Positions 1 to 10,505 of a stretch of DNA of 22,662 nucleotides are shown in pieces. This DNA comes from an uncultured Deinococcales bacterium (GTDB taxonomy: Bacteria; Deinococcota; Deinococci; Deinococcales; JAAFIG01): contig CAXTKV010000068.1 of NCBI GenBank assembly GCA_964244895.1, positions 1-22,662 of the forward strand. The letters are read 5' to 3'. A program made the translations under genes and the position numbers. The stretch's first letter is position 1. Every line of letters starts with the position of its first letter. The notes beneath the pieces are model-generated. The model was not told the DNA's origin, did not search any database, and saw nothing but the letters and a program-made list of their open reading frames with translations.

Positions 1-898
<898 letters not shown>

Positions 899-1040
899 GG
901 GCCGATTGTACCGCTGTGGGCTGGCTGACTGCTCGAGATCGCGTTTCGCGGCGCTCGGGCCGAGTCGCGCCTCGAGCCTCTAGCGCGGGTACGAATGACT
1001 ATTCGATTCCTCGAGATAAAAGTGGTGCTAGTCTCATTCC

Positions 1041-1958
1041 ATGAGAAACCTGGTTGCCCGCCTCGGATTGGTCACGGTTATCGCCCTCACGTTGACGGCC
1101 TGCCCACCGCAGAATTCGGGGCCGACCCCGCCGCCACCGCCGCCACCGGCCACCGGGTACAACATCACGTTGGCGTTCGGCTCGAGCATCTCGAATACGG
1201 ACAAGGCCGTCTTTCAGACCGCCGCCAACCGTTGGCAGCAGGTCATCACCAACGACCTGCCGGATTCGGCCAGCCCGGTTTCGGCATCCGATTGCGATCC
1301 AAAATACACGGGCTTTCCGAACGTCAATAGCGTGGATGACCTGGTGATCTTCGCGGATGTCGTCGCCATAGACGGCCCCGGCGGGACGCTCGCGCAGGCT
1401 GGCCCGTGCTTGCTGCGTACGGGCTCGCAGTTGCCGGGTGTCGGCATCATGGAGTTCGATTCCGCCGACGTGACCGAACTGCGCAACAAGGGTCATCTCC
1501 AGGAAACCATCATTCACGAGATGGGTCACGTCATCGGCTTCGGCACGCTCTGGAAGATCAAGGGCGGGTTCCTTTCGGGCGAAGGCTCCCCCGGCGGGTG
1601 CGGCACCGCGCCGATCTACCTGGGGTCGGGTGCCAGAACGGAATTTGCGGCGCTCGGCGGTTCGGGCAATCTTCCGGTCGAAGGCTCCGCCGACGGCAGC
1701 GGCCCCGGCAGTTGCGATTCGCACTGGCGCGAGAGCGTCTTCGGGACGGAATTGATGACCCCGAGCATCGATACGGGTTCACCCGCCGCGAATCCCCTGA
1801 GCCGCATGTCGGTCGCAGCCATGGCCGATCTGGGCTATCAGGTCAACCTGACCGCCGCCGACACGTACAGCCTCGCGTCGATCGGCAGCATCCTGCCCTC
1901 GAGCCAGCGCTTGACCCTGCGGGAAATCCTGATCAAACCCAAAGGCTACCTGCGCTGA
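1041..1958 (+). CDS. Leishmanolysin-like (M8/zincin) zinc metallopeptidase, predicted lipoprotein
   Basis: Signal peptide with lipobox LTAC, poly-Pro linker, IDGPGGTLAQAGP, HEMGHVIGFG (HExxH), SHWRE and ELMT Met-turn, NPLSRMSVAAMADLGY. TAGTCT lies 6 nt before the ATG. Confidence 0.85.
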   Translation: MRNLVARLGLVTVIALTLTACPPQNSGPTPPPPPPPATGYNITLAFGSSISNTDKAVFQTAANRWQQVITNDLPDSASPVSASDCDPKYTGFPNVNSVDDLVIFADVVAIDGPGGTLAQAGPCLLRTGSQLPGVGIMEFDSADVTELRNKGHLQETIIHEMGHVIGFGTLWKIKGGFLSGEGSPGGCGTAPIYLGSGARTEFAALGGSGNLPVEGSADGSGPGSCDSHWRESVFGTELMTPSIDTGSPAANPLSRMSVAAMADLGYQVNLTAADTYSLASIGSILPSSQRLTLREILIKPKGYLR

Positions 1959-1971
1959 GCATGATGCTCGA

Positions 1972-2019
1972 GAACACCGTCCAGCACGCACATTTGGATT
2001 CATGTGCTGGACGGTGTTC
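1972..2019. repeat. 48-bp palindromic REP-like element, copy 1 (left end overlaps CTCGAG 1967-1972)
   Basis: GAACACCGTCCAGCACGC-acatttggattc-ATGTGCTGGACGGTGTTC. Confidence 0.9.
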
Positions 2020-2086
2020 TCTCGCGGCTCCTCGACCAGTCGCGCTCGACACGGTCGGGCCATCGCGCGGGTGATACCCTTTCGCC

Positions 2087-3091
2087 GTGATCTACGACCT
2101 CGCCATCATCGGGGGCGGCCCCGTCGGGTTGGCCGCCGCCATAGAAGCCAAACGATCGGGCCTGAGTTACGTGATTCTCGAGAAGGGCTGCGTGGCCAAC
2201 AGCATCTTCGAGTTTCCGACCTATTTGACGTTCTTCACGACCTCTGATCGCCTCGAGATCGGCGATCACCCGATGGTCACGCGCATCGAAAAACCGGATC
2301 GGCGCGAAGCCATGAGTTACTACCGACTGGTGGCCGACCGCGAGAAACTGAACATCCGCCAGTACACCGAAGTCACCGCGATTCACCCCGCGCCCGCCGG
2401 GTTCACGCTGTCCGTGGAAGCCAAAACCGGCGAGATGGGCGCGGTGGAAGCCCGCACGGTGATCGTCGCGACCGGCTACTGGGACTGGCCGAACAGCCTG
2501 GGCATTCCCGGCGATGACCTCGAGAACGTCTCGTACCGGTACGGCGAACCGCACCCGTTCTGGAACCTGAACGTGACCGTGGTGGGCGGCGGCAACAGCG
2601 CCGCCGAGGCCGCTCTGGACCTGCACCGCGCGGGCGCGAAAGTCAGCATCGTGCATCGCGGGCCGGAACTCAGGCCGGGCGTCAAATACTGGCTGAAGCC
2701 CGACATCGAGAACCGAATCCGCGAGGGATCAATTCAATTCTACCCGTCCAGCACGGTGCGCGAGATCACCCAGGCTGCCGTCATCGCGGATGGGCCAGAC
2801 GGAACGCTCAAGGTGCCGACCGATTTCACGTTCGTTCTGGTCGGTTACAAACCCGACGCGACCATGCTGACCGACGCCGGTGTGCGCGTGGACGAGGACG
2901 GTCGCGTCTTGCACCACGCCGAAACCTTCCAGACGCTGGATCGGCCCGGATTGTTCGTGGTCGGCAGCGCCGCCTTCGGGCGTTTCACCGGTCAGGTCTT
3001 CATCGAGAACGGGCGCGAGCACGCCCAGAAAGCCGTGAATGAGATCAAACGTCAGCTCGAGGCCCGAGAGGCCGCGATCTCGGGCGATTGA
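2087..3091 (+). CDS. ypdA: YpdA-family FAD/NADPH oxidoreductase (putative bacillithiol disulfide reductase)
   Basis: GGGPVG FAD motif, [34 protein letters not shown] motif, [12 protein letters not shown] and FIENGREHA, all typical of YpdA/Bdr. No CxxC pair. TACCCT lies 6 nt before the GTG. Confidence 0.85.
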   Translation: MIYDLAIIGGGPVGLAAAIEAKRSGLSYVILEKGCVANSIFEFPTYLTFFTTSDRLEIGDHPMVTRIEKPDRREAMSYYRLVADREKLNIRQYTEVTAIHPAPAGFTLSVEAKTGEMGAVEARTVIVATGYWDWPNSLGIPGDDLENVSYRYGEPHPFWNLNVTVVGGGNSAAEAALDLHRAGAKVSIVHRGPELRPGVKYWLKPDIENRIREGSIQFYPSSTVREITQAAVIADGPDGTLKVPTDFTFVLVGYKPDATMLTDAGVRVDEDGRVLHHAETFQTLDRPGLFVVGSAAFGRFTGQVFIENGREHAQKAVNEIKRQLEAREAAISGD

Positions 3092-3101
3092 GTTTGAATC
3101 G

Positions 3102-3149
3102 GCGCATCGTCCAGCGCGCGCGTTAAAGATTGCGTGCTGGACGATGTTC
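3102..3149. repeat. 48-bp palindromic element, copy 2 (between convergent genes)
   Basis: gcgCATCGTCCAGCGCGC-gcgttaaagatt-GCGTGCTGGACGATGTTC, with a compensatory CATCGT/ACGATG change. Confidence 0.85.
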
Positions 3150-3156
3150 TCCGAAG

Positions 3157-4221
3157 CTAGCCGAGCCGACCGTAGCGCCGCATGATCTCGAGCAAACGGT
3201 CGTGCGGCAAGGCGTGAACGATCCGACCGCGAAACCCGATCATGGTTTCTGCCGCCACGAGCGCGTTGATGATCGCCTCCTCGGTGGCGTGAACTGCGGC
3301 CCGAAAAAGCGGGTCGAGGTCGGTTTCCGGCAGGGTTCGCCAGTGCTCGAGCCCGTTCCCGAGGCTGGGCGCGGCGGTCGAGAAGGCGATGAACAGATCG
3401 CCGGAACTGTTGTAGGCCATGCCGCCGGTGCGCGCCAGCCCCAGGCTCGCGCGCCGCGCCAAACGCTTGAGTTGGTGCGGCAGCAACGGCGCATCGGTGG
3501 CGATCCCGACGATGATCGAACCGTCCTTCTGGGGTTCCTCGGGCATCAAATCGGTGATTTCGGCACCGACGGGCACGCCGCAGATCAGCAAGTCCGGCCT
3601 CGAGCCGAAGTTCGATTGAACCAGCACCCCGAGCATCCACGGCCCCAGTTCGGAACCGTGCCCGCCGCTTTCCACGCGCCTGGAGGCCGTGCCGATGCCG
3701 CCCTTGAAGCGCGCCGTGATCATGCCCGTGCCGCCGCCGAGGTTGCCCTCCGCGACCGGGCCGCCAGCCGCCGTCTCGAGGGCTGAAATGGCGTGTTCGG
3801 ATGTGACGTGAAAGCCGTTGATGTCGTTCAGGAAGCCATCGTAGGTTTCGGCCACCACCGGCAGCGACCACGCCTCGAGCCAGCCGTTGCGGTTGGCCCA
3901 CCGGATCACCGTGTCCCGCACGATGCCGACGCTGTGCGTGTTGGTCAACACGATCGGCCCGGCCAGACGGCCCGTCTCGTCCAGCCACGCCGTTCCGGTC
4001 ATCTCGCCGTTGCCGTTCAGGGAATACCAGGCGGCGGGTACGACCTCGAAACTGCGATCCTTGCCGCGCGGCAGGATCGCGGTCACGCCGGTGCGAACGT
4101 CCGTCCCTTCGATCAGGGTCGTGTGGCCGACTTCCACGCCCGGCACGTCCGTGATCGCGTTGTGCGCCCCTGTCGCGCCGTGAAATGGCAAACCGAGTGC
4201 GCGCCCTCTCGGCTTAGGCAT
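3157..4221 (-). CDS. P1 (DmpA/S58) family aminopeptidase
   Basis: NAITDVPGVEVGH, NGNGEMTG, PVVAETYDGFLNDI, GGGTGM, autoproteolytic DG|SII site, SSGD. Confidence 0.9.
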   Translation of the reverse strand: MPKPRGRALGLPFHGATGAHNAITDVPGVEVGHTTLIEGTDVRTGVTAILPRGKDRSFEVVPAAWYSLNGNGEMTGTAWLDETGRLAGPIVLTNTHSVGIVRDTVIRWANRNGWLEAWSLPVVAETYDGFLNDINGFHVTSEHAISALETAAGGPVAEGNLGGGTGMITARFKGGIGTASRRVESGGHGSELGPWMLGVLVQSNFGSRPDLLICGVPVGAEITDLMPEEPQKDGSIIVGIATDAPLLPHQLKRLARRASLGLARTGGMAYNSSGDLFIAFSTAAPSLGNGLEHWRTLPETDLDPLFRAAVHATEEAIINALVAAETMIGFRGRIVHALPHDRLLEIMRRYGRLG

Positions 4222-4561
4222 CGAGCGTCCGTGGTGCGATCTCGCCGATTCTCGAGCGGACGTAATCGGTCAATTCCTCGAGCGGTGCGCTCTGGACGTT
4301 GTGCAGACCGCTGCGGTAATCGAACATCACGCGCGTCGCCCGGAGCGCCCTGGAGGCCGTCAGGAACGCATCTTTCAGCACCCACGTCTCGAGCGTCCCG
4401 AGCCGCAGGGCGTCGTCCTCGAGCCCCGCCAGGAACAGAGCGGCGGTTTCCAAGTGCGTGAACGCCAGCGCGTACTTTTCCGCACCCGCCGCGATCGTCA
4501 CGAGCTCGCCGGGCTGGCGCGCGTTTTCGACGATCAACCACGGGGCATCGAGCGTGCTCAC
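4214..4561 (-). CDS. Hypothetical protein (115 aa), first gene of a 2-gene unit with the P1 peptidase
   Basis: TAAGGT lies 6 nt upstream of the GTG. The stop overlaps the P1 peptidase start region. Composition is protein-like. Confidence 0.7.
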   Translation of the reverse strand: MSTLDAPWLIVENARQPGELVTIAAGAEKYALAFTHLETAALFLAGLEDDALRLGTLETWVLKDAFLTASRALRATRVMFDYRSGLHNVQSAPLEELTDYVRSRIGEIAPRTLDA

Positions 4562-4677
4562 CGGATGACCTTAACACCACTTCTGGCTCGATAAAAGATT
4601 GTCGCAGACGCGCGAAATCCTGAAACTGAAGCGTAAATCACGTCCTGTACGGTGCGCGCGGCGTTATCATCCGCGCC

Positions 4678-6669
4678 ATGCTCGCACCCGAAAGCCTGTT
4701 CGATCTGCAATTCGCTTCCGATCCCAGCCTCTCGAGCGACGGCAAGCTGGTCGCCTTCGCGGTCGCGCGCTTCGAGGACGAGCAACCGGGCGACGCGAAA
4801 TCCGGTGCCCCGAAGAAGGTGTACCGCTCGAGCATTCACCTCTCGCGCGACGGTCAAAAAGCCCAGCCGTTCACGTCCGGATCGGGCCGCGACGTGAGCC
4901 CGCGCTTTTCCGACGACGGAACTCAGCTCGCCTTCGTGTCCGTCAGGAACGGTAGCAAACCGCAACTCTGGGTCGTGCCGATTGCCGGCGGCGAGGCGCG
5001 GCAACTGACGCACCTGAAATCCGGCGTGCTGAACGCCGTTCCCGGCTCCGAACCCCGCTTCTCGAGCGACGGAAAACACATCGCGTTTCTCTCTCGCGGC
5101 GACTGGACGGACGCGCGCGGTGAAGACGGCACGCCTCGGGCCTTCGAGCGTGTGGATTACAAATTCAACGGCATTCCCGGCCCCGGCTTCAAACCCGAGG
5201 AACCGGCTCAGGTCTGGGTGCTGGATCGTTCGACGAACGAATCGCGCGCCCTGACTTCGAGCCGCACCAACGTCACGATGTTCGACTGGCTGCCGGACGC
5301 GTCCGGCATCGCTTACGCCGCGCCCGTGGACGCCGCCCAGGAATCCCGGTCGGCCAGCGAGATCTGGATTTCGACGCTCGCGGGAACCGTCCGCCAGGTG
5401 ACCGACTGGGACGGCAGCATCGGCGCCTTCAGCCTCTCACCGGACGGGGCGTGGCTCGCGGTCGCGGGTTCACCGACCGCCTACGCGCAACCGAGCGACC
5501 CGCACCTGTTCGCGGCCAAGCTCAAACGCAAGGGGATCACCAGGCTCGAGCAACTGGACGCGAAGCTCGACGATTACGCGGGCAACGCCGTCAACTCCGA
5601 TGCTCACTTCGGCGCTTACCCGAGCGGCCCGGTGTGGGTCTCCGACGACGAGATTCTTCAGGGTTACGTCCAGGGCGGTTCCGGCGCGGTCGTGCGCGTT
5701 GGTCTGAATGGCCAGACGAAAACCGTGCTGCGCGAGAACACCGCCAACATCCCCGCCTTCGCCGCGTCCAGAAGCGGGCACGTCGCCTTCCTGCGCGAGA
5801 CCGCCACCGCCCCGCTCGAGGCGCACGTCCTGACGCCGAAAGGCAAAGTTAAAAATATTTCGTCCCTGACGCCACCCGAAAACACTGTCCAGGACGGTCT
5901 GGAACGCATCACGCTCGAGCGCGACGGGTTCACCATCGAGGGTTGGCTTTTAAAGCCGCACAACTGGAAGAAAAACAAGAAATACCCCGTCCTCCTGGAG
6001 ATTCACGGCGGCCCCGCGACCGCCTGGGGTCACGGTTACATGCACGAATTCCAGTTGCTCGCGTCCCGTGGCTACGCGGTCGCGTTCTGCAACATTCGCG
6101 GCAGCATCGGCTACGGCGAGGCCCACACGCGCGGCACCGACGGCGCGTACGGCGCGGGCGATTACACCGACCTGATGGCCTTCCTGGACGCCTGCCTGGA
6201 ACGCTACCCGTGGCTGGACAGAACCCGCCAGGCCGTGATGGGCGGCAGTTACGGCGGCGTCATGACCAACTGGACGATCTCGCACACGGACCGCTTCAAG
6301 GTCGCGATCACGGATCGGTCGATCTGCAACTGGCTCTCGATGGTCGGCACCTCCGACATCGGCTACTGGTTCGTGAAGCGGGAACTGCGCGGCAACGTCC
6401 CGGAGGACTTCGATCACCTGTGGGAACTTTCACCGTTGAAGCACGTGCGAAACGTCAAGACGCCGTGCCTGGTGATCCACTCCGAGGAAGACCACCGTTG
6501 CCCGATAGAACAGGGCGAGCAGTGGTTCACGGCCTTGCAGCGCCTGAACGTCCCGTCCCGTTTCGTGCGCTTTCCCGGCGAGAGCCACGAGCTTTCCCGC
6601 GCCGGACGCCCCGACCGCCGCATCGTGCGCTTGACCGAGATGGTCAATTGGCTCGAGCGCTATCTGTAA
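4678..6669 (+). CDS. S9 family peptidase (S9C acylaminoacyl-peptidase-like; beta-propeller plus alpha/beta hydrolase)
   Basis: SPRFSDDG/FSSDG PD40-like repeats, IHGGP, GGSYGG nucleophile, EEDHRCP Asp, ESHELSRAGRP His. TATCAT lies 7 nt before the ATG. Confidence 0.93.
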   Translation: MLAPESLFDLQFASDPSLSSDGKLVAFAVARFEDEQPGDAKSGAPKKVYRSSIHLSRDGQKAQPFTSGSGRDVSPRFSDDGTQLAFVSVRNGSKPQLWVVPIAGGEARQLTHLKSGVLNAVPGSEPRFSSDGKHIAFLSRGDWTDARGEDGTPRAFERVDYKFNGIPGPGFKPEEPAQVWVLDRSTNESRALTSSRTNVTMFDWLPDASGIAYAAPVDAAQESRSASEIWISTLAGTVRQVTDWDGSIGAFSLSPDGAWLAVAGSPTAYAQPSDPHLFAAKLKRKGITRLEQLDAKLDDYAGNAVNSDAHFGAYPSGPVWVSDDEILQGYVQGGSGAVVRVGLNGQTKTVLRENTANIPAFAASRSGHVAFLRETATAPLEAHVLTPKGKVKNISSLTPPENTVQDGLERITLERDGFTIEGWLLKPHNWKKNKKYPVLLEIHGGPATAWGHGYMHEFQLLASRGYAVAFCNIRGSIGYGEAHTRGTDGAYGAGDYTDLMAFLDACLERYPWLDRTRQAVMGGSYGGVMTNWTISHTDRFKVAITDRSICNWLSMVGTSDIGYWFVKRELRGNVPEDFDHLWELSPLKHVRNVKTPCLVIHSEEDHRCPIEQGEQWFTALQRLNVPSRFVRFPGESHELSRAGRPDRRIVRLTEMVNWLERYL

Positions 6670-6692
6670 GCCGCTCGAGCTGCGATGCTCAA

Positions 6693-6740
6693 GAACACCG
6701 TCCAGCACGCATTCAATTATTCGCGTGCTAGACGGTGTCG
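6693..6740. repeat. 48-bp palindromic element, copy 3 (between convergent genes)
   Basis: GAACACCGTCCAGCACGC-attcaattattc-GCGTGCTAGACGGTGTcg, preceded by gatgCTCAAG. Confidence 0.9.
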
Positions 6741-6742
6741 GT

Positions 6743-7402
6743 CTACAACACCGTCTCAATCATCTCTCGCAGGCTGGCCGCGGTCGGGCGGTCGGCGAAG
6801 GCTCGGGCGGTCACGACCTCGAGCTGCGCGCCCTCGAGCTTCGCGCTAACGCGGGCCGATACCCCGAGCGCCACGGTCTGAATGCGCTCCAGCGCCGCCC
6901 TGCCGATCTCATCGGCGGCGATGCCCTCGAGCGCCTGGCGCAGCGGTTCCAGCAGATCGCGCAGCGCTTCCAGGTCGCGCTCCTCGGGCGCACCGGGCAG
7001 CTCGAGATTCAAATGGATCCCCGAAGCGCGCAACGCCTCGCCCAACGCCCCGAACGCGCGGCGCAGTTCGAGCTTGCCGGGCGGCGGCGCGTTCCCCCGG
7101 CGGTCGTGGAGGCCGAGCGCGTCATGAACCGTGATCGCCTCGAGCCTCGCCACGCTCACGTGCGTCACGTCCACGGCGAAGCGTTCCGGAGCCCCCAGCA
7201 GCAACGCCACCGCCCCGCCGGAATCGCTGGTCACGTCCAGCAGCGCCCCGCGAAGCTCGCGCCCGCTGCCCAGATGCAGCGTCACGTTCGGGCGTTCGAG
7301 CGCTTCGCCCTTTGAAACGCGCCTCGAGATCGCCGCCAGTTCCTCGAGCAGACGCTCCAGGCGCTGCGGTTTCAGGCTTGCCAGGTCGTCCGGCAAGCTC
7401 AA
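6743..7402 (-). CDS. Hypothetical protein (about 219 aa) whose C-terminal half resembles the 7399-7809 protein
   Basis: 3' part of ORF 6743..7699. Likely TTG start at 7402 in a TTGA overlap with the upstream stop. The longer ORF overlaps a better gene. Confidence 0.65.
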   Translation of the reverse strand: MSLPDDLASLKPQRLERLLEELAAISRRVSKGEALERPNVTLHLGSGRELRGALLDVTSDSGGAVALLLGAPERFAVDVTHVSVARLEAITVHDALGLHDRRGNAPPPGKLELRRAFGALGEALRASGIHLNLELPGAPEERDLEALRDLLEPLRQALEGIAADEIGRAALERIQTVALGVSARVSAKLEGAQLEVVTARAFADRPTAASLREMIETVL

Positions 7403-7809
7403 AGGTTCTTCTCGAGCGTCTGCACCAGACCATCCGTGCGCTCCTGGACGCTGTCCGCGTTGGTGGTCGGCAGGTGTTCGAGCGTCAACACCCCACCCTC
7501 GAAGCTCGTCCAACGGTCGCCGTAATACGCACCGGTCGTGTTCTGAACCACGACCTTCTTCAACGCGCTCCGAAGGGCTTCCTTGCCCATCTCGTCTCGC
7601 CCGACCGACTTGAGCCCCGCGATCAGCGGCTCGAAGTACACCTTCGGCCAGCACTCGTCGTACAGGTGCGCTTCTCCCTCGAGCGCCAGGCTCTCCCAAT
7701 TGACTTCGACCGGAACCTCGAACCCGGCAGCATCCGCGATCCGTTGGCGGAACGCGGGAAAGCGGTCGTCCTGGAATGCCTTGATTGCGCGTCGTTCAGC
7801 CAATCCCAT
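7399..7809 (-). CDS. Hypothetical protein (136 aa)
   Basis: GGAGG RBS 5 nt before the ATG. Globular-looking sequence [18 protein letters not shown]...[23 protein letters not shown]. Confidence 0.8.
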   Translation of the reverse strand: MGLAERRAIKAFQDDRFPAFRQRIADAAGFEVPVEVNWESLALEGEAHLYDECWPKVYFEPLIAGLKSVGRDEMGKEALRSALKKVVVQNTTGAYYGDRWTSFEGGVLTLEHLPTTNADSVQERTDGLVQTLEKNL

Positions 7810-7903
7810 GTGAACCTCCGAATGAGTGATCTCGAGCTTTCACGTTACCGTGCGTCCGCCGTCGGTGACGTGATCGAACTGGCTCGCGTTCATTCCAGAC
7901 TGA

Positions 7904-7951
7904 AAACACCGTCTGGGACGCGAACTCGAGAATGCGTCCAGGACGGTGTTT
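7904..7951. repeat. 48-bp palindromic element, copy 4 (variant B arm, CTCGAG in the spacer)
   Basis: AAACACCGTCTGGGACGC-gaactcgagaat-GCGTCCAGGACGGTGTTT. Confidence 0.85.
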
Positions 7952-8140
7952 TTATGCCTTCCCACGCCAAAGCCAGGGGAGTGGCGAGGAGCGCAGCGGC
8001 GAGACGGAGGGGTCGTCATATTCCGATTCCTCCATCATCCGCGGAACCGCGAAGCCGCCACATTTCCTCTAAGCAGGTCAGGACTGAAGCTCATCTCGAG
8101 ACCCACGTATTTGGCCGACGACGCGCGATCCCGTGCGTGC

Positions 8141-8146
8141 TAGACT
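8141..8146 (+). promoter_or_regulatory. Putative extended -10 (TGcTAGACT) for a leaderless metG leader transcript
   Basis: TAGACT-tttcgc-ATG, the same geometry as other leaderless starts in the window. Confidence 0.6.
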
Positions 8147-8152
8147 TTTCGC

Positions 8153-8200
8153 ATGGAGCCAGCGTTTCCGGAACAGCGAATGCAAAGGATGCCCGGCTAG
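8153..8200 (+). CDS. Putative Met-containing leader peptide [15 protein letters not shown]
   Basis: 15-codon uORF with 3 ATG codons, between a -10 box and a terminator directly upstream of metG. Confidence 0.6.
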   Translation: MEPAFPEQRMQRMPG

Positions 8201-8225
8201 CTCGAGGTCAATCGGCTCGAGTCTG

Positions 8226-8253
8226 TCGGGGTGCATTGCGCCCCGGTTTTTTT
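8226..8253 (+). terminator. Intrinsic terminator (attenuator) in the metG 5' leader
   Basis: TCGGGGTGC-ATT-GCGCCCCGG followed by T7, ending 6 nt before the metG RBS AGGAGG (8260-8265). Confidence 0.75.
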
Positions 8254-8271
8254 GTGCCCAGGAGGAACGCC

Positions 8272-10224
8272 ATGAGCGACAAAAGGTTTTACCTGACGAC
8301 CGCGATCGATTACGCCAACGCCAACCCGCACATCGGGCACGTCTATGAAAAGATCGTCTCGGACGTGATCGTGCGCTACCACCGACTGAACGGTTATGAG
8401 ACGCGCTTTTCGGTCGGCACGGACGAGCACGGCGAGAAGATTTACAAGGCCGCCAAAGCCGTCGGGAAAGACCCGCAAGTGTTTCTGGACGAGTTGGTTC
8501 CGGCGGGTTTCCAGGCGCTCTACGAACGCCTCGAAATCAGCTCGAATCGCTTCATCCGAACCACGGAAGCGAACCACAAGAAGTTTGTGCAGGACGTGTT
8601 GCACAAGGTTTACGAATCCGGTGACATCTACCTGGCGGAGTACGAGGGCTTGTACAGCGTGGGCGCGGAACGGTTCGTGACGGAAAAAGAATTGACCGCC
8701 AAGAACGCCCGGAACGAATCCGTCCTGCCGGGCGATAAAGACCCGCCCGAGTTGCGGCGCGAGCAGAATTACTTTTTTCGCATGGAAAAATACCGCCCGT
8801 GGCTGCTGGAGCACATCCAGGCAAACCCCGGTTTCATTCAGCCCGTCGGGTACAGGAACGAACTGCTGGAAATGCTGCGCGAACCCGTCGGTGATCTCTC
8901 GATCTCGAGGCCCGTGGAACGCTTGCCCTGGGGCATTCCGATCCCGTGGGACGACGGCCACGTCACCTACGTCTGGTTCGATGCGCTGATCAATTACCTC
9001 TCGCAGATTTACACGGACGGGGACGGGCTGGAACCGTTCTGGCCCGTGACCTGGCACGTGATTGGCAAGGACATCCTGAAAGCGCACGGTCTGTTCTGGC
9101 CGACGATGCTGAAGGCGGCGGGCTACGCGATCTACGAGCGCCTGAACGTCCACGGGCACATCACCGCGCCGGACGGCGCGAAGATGGGCAAATCCCTGGG
9201 CAACGCCGTCGATCCCTTGGAATTGCTCGAGAAATACGGTGTGGACGCCGTGCGCTACGCGCTGGTGCGCGACACGACTTTCGGGCCGGACAGTCCTTTC
9301 GGCGAGGACGGGCTGATTTCCAGGCTGAACGCTGACCTGGCGAACGACCTCGGGAACCTGCTGTCCAGGGTGCTCAGTATGGTCGAGAAGTACCGCGACG
9401 GCGTGGTGCCTGCACCCGGCGACTACGATGCCCGCGAGTTGGGCATCCGTGCGGCGGCGGAAGCCCTGCCCGCGAAGGTTCTGGAGGAAGTGCGCGACTT
9501 GCGCCTGCACCTGGGCATCGAGGCCGTGCTGGAATTCGTGCGCGACTTGAACCGGTTCGTGGCGGAATCCAAACCCTGGGAACTCGCGCGAAATCCTGAA
9601 TCCTCGAGCCGTCTGGACACCGTGCTGTACACGCTTCTGGAGGGTTTGCGATGGGCATCCTTGCTGCTCGAGCCGGTCGTCCCCGCCAAGGCGCTCGAGC
9701 TTCGCGCGCAGTTGGGACTCGAGGCGGCCTCCGCGACGGGCATCAATCCGAAGCTCGACGGTGTCAACGCGCTTTCCTGGGGTGCGTTCCCGGCGGGTAT
9801 AAAAATAGCGCTGGGAACGGTCTTATTCCCCAAGATCGAAGTCGAGAAAAAGGACGTGAAACCGATGACCGAACCCGCCATCTCGAGCCCTGTCGCGGAC
9901 TCGATCACGATCGAGGATTTCATGAAAGTCGAACTGCGCGTCGCGCACGTTCTGGCCTGCGAGAAACTCGAGAAATCCGACAAGCTTTTGAAGCTCTCGT
10001 TGTCCCTGGGCGATCAGATGCGCACCGTGCTGTCCGGCATCGCGGAGTTTTACAAACCCGAAGATGTCGTCGGGAAGCGCGTCGTGCTGGTTTCCAACCT
10101 GGCTCCGCGCAAGATGCGCGGCATCGAATCGCAGGGCATGATCCTGTGCGGCGAGGACGCTCAGGGGAACGTCGTGATCGTCAGCCCGGAAAAGGATTTG
10201 CCAGCCGGGTCGAAGGTGCGTTGA
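8272..10224 (+). CDS. metG: Methionine--tRNA ligase with C-terminal tRNA-binding (Trbp111-like) domain
   Basis: [18 protein letters not shown] (HIGH), [26 protein letters not shown] (KMSKS), [24 protein letters not shown] before ATG 8272. Confidence 0.97.
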   Translation: MSDKRFYLTTAIDYANANPHIGHVYEKIVSDVIVRYHRLNGYETRFSVGTDEHGEKIYKAAKAVGKDPQVFLDELVPAGFQALYERLEISSNRFIRTTEANHKKFVQDVLHKVYESGDIYLAEYEGLYSVGAERFVTEKELTAKNARNESVLPGDKDPPELRREQNYFFRMEKYRPWLLEHIQANPGFIQPVGYRNELLEMLREPVGDLSISRPVERLPWGIPIPWDDGHVTYVWFDALINYLSQIYTDGDGLEPFWPVTWHVIGKDILKAHGLFWPTMLKAAGYAIYERLNVHGHITAPDGAKMGKSLGNAVDPLELLEKYGVDAVRYALVRDTTFGPDSPFGEDGLISRLNADLANDLGNLLSRVLSMVEKYRDGVVPAPGDYDARELGIRAAAEALPAKVLEEVRDLRLHLGIEAVLEFVRDLNRFVAESKPWELARNPESSSRLDTVLYTLLEGLRWASLLLEPVVPAKALELRAQLGLEAASATGINPKLDGVNALSWGAFPAGIKIALGTVLFPKIEVEKKDVKPMTEPAISSPVADSITIEDFMKVELRVAHVLACEKLEKSDKLLKLSLSLGDQMRTVLSGIAEFYKPEDVVGKRVVLVSNLAPRKMRGIESQGMILCGEDAQGNVVIVSPEKDLPAGSKVR

Positions 10225-10273
10225 GCGTTTGACGCTCGAGCTCACGTCTCGCTCTCGGAGGCTCGAGGCTCAG

Positions 10274-10321
10274 GAACACCGTCCAGCACGCGTTCAAGTA
10301 TTTGCGTGCTGGACGGTGTTC
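10274..10321. repeat. 48-bp palindromic element, copy 5 (perfect arms); a degenerate copy follows at about 10361-10395
   Basis: GAACACCGTCCAGCACGC-gttcaagtattt-GCGTGCTGGACGGTGTTC(tcg). Confidence 0.92.
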
Positions 10322-10505
10322 TCGTGAATACCGGAATTGCACAACTCGCCCTCTAGATTTCACCGTCGGGCACGCGGTGAATCCTGTGTGATGGAGATCA
10401 AACCCGATGGCGTGAGCTACCTATCCTGACTGAAATTGCACCGATGGTTTCATGTCTTCGGATCGCAAGAACAACTCGCGCGCAGCTTCTCGAAAGGATC
10501 ACCGA

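Noticed and set aside
1041..6669. Peptidase cluster (M8, P1, S9) as a dedicated pathway
   Set aside because: The genes are in different orientations with separate putative promoters. No transporter, precursor or regulator links them.
7960..8271. T-box or SAM-I riboswitch upstream of metG
   Set aside because: There is no GGTGGNACCGCG T-box next to the terminator; the nearest look-alike, GCGGAACCGCG at 8041, lacks UGGN and is about 180 nt away. No SAM-I ATC-AGAG core was seen. The uORF model fits better.
7312..8271. 320-aa N-terminal extension of MetG (ORF 7312..10224)
   Set aside because: It overlaps two minus-strand genes, a repeat and a terminator. MetG homology and a strong RBS begin at 8272.
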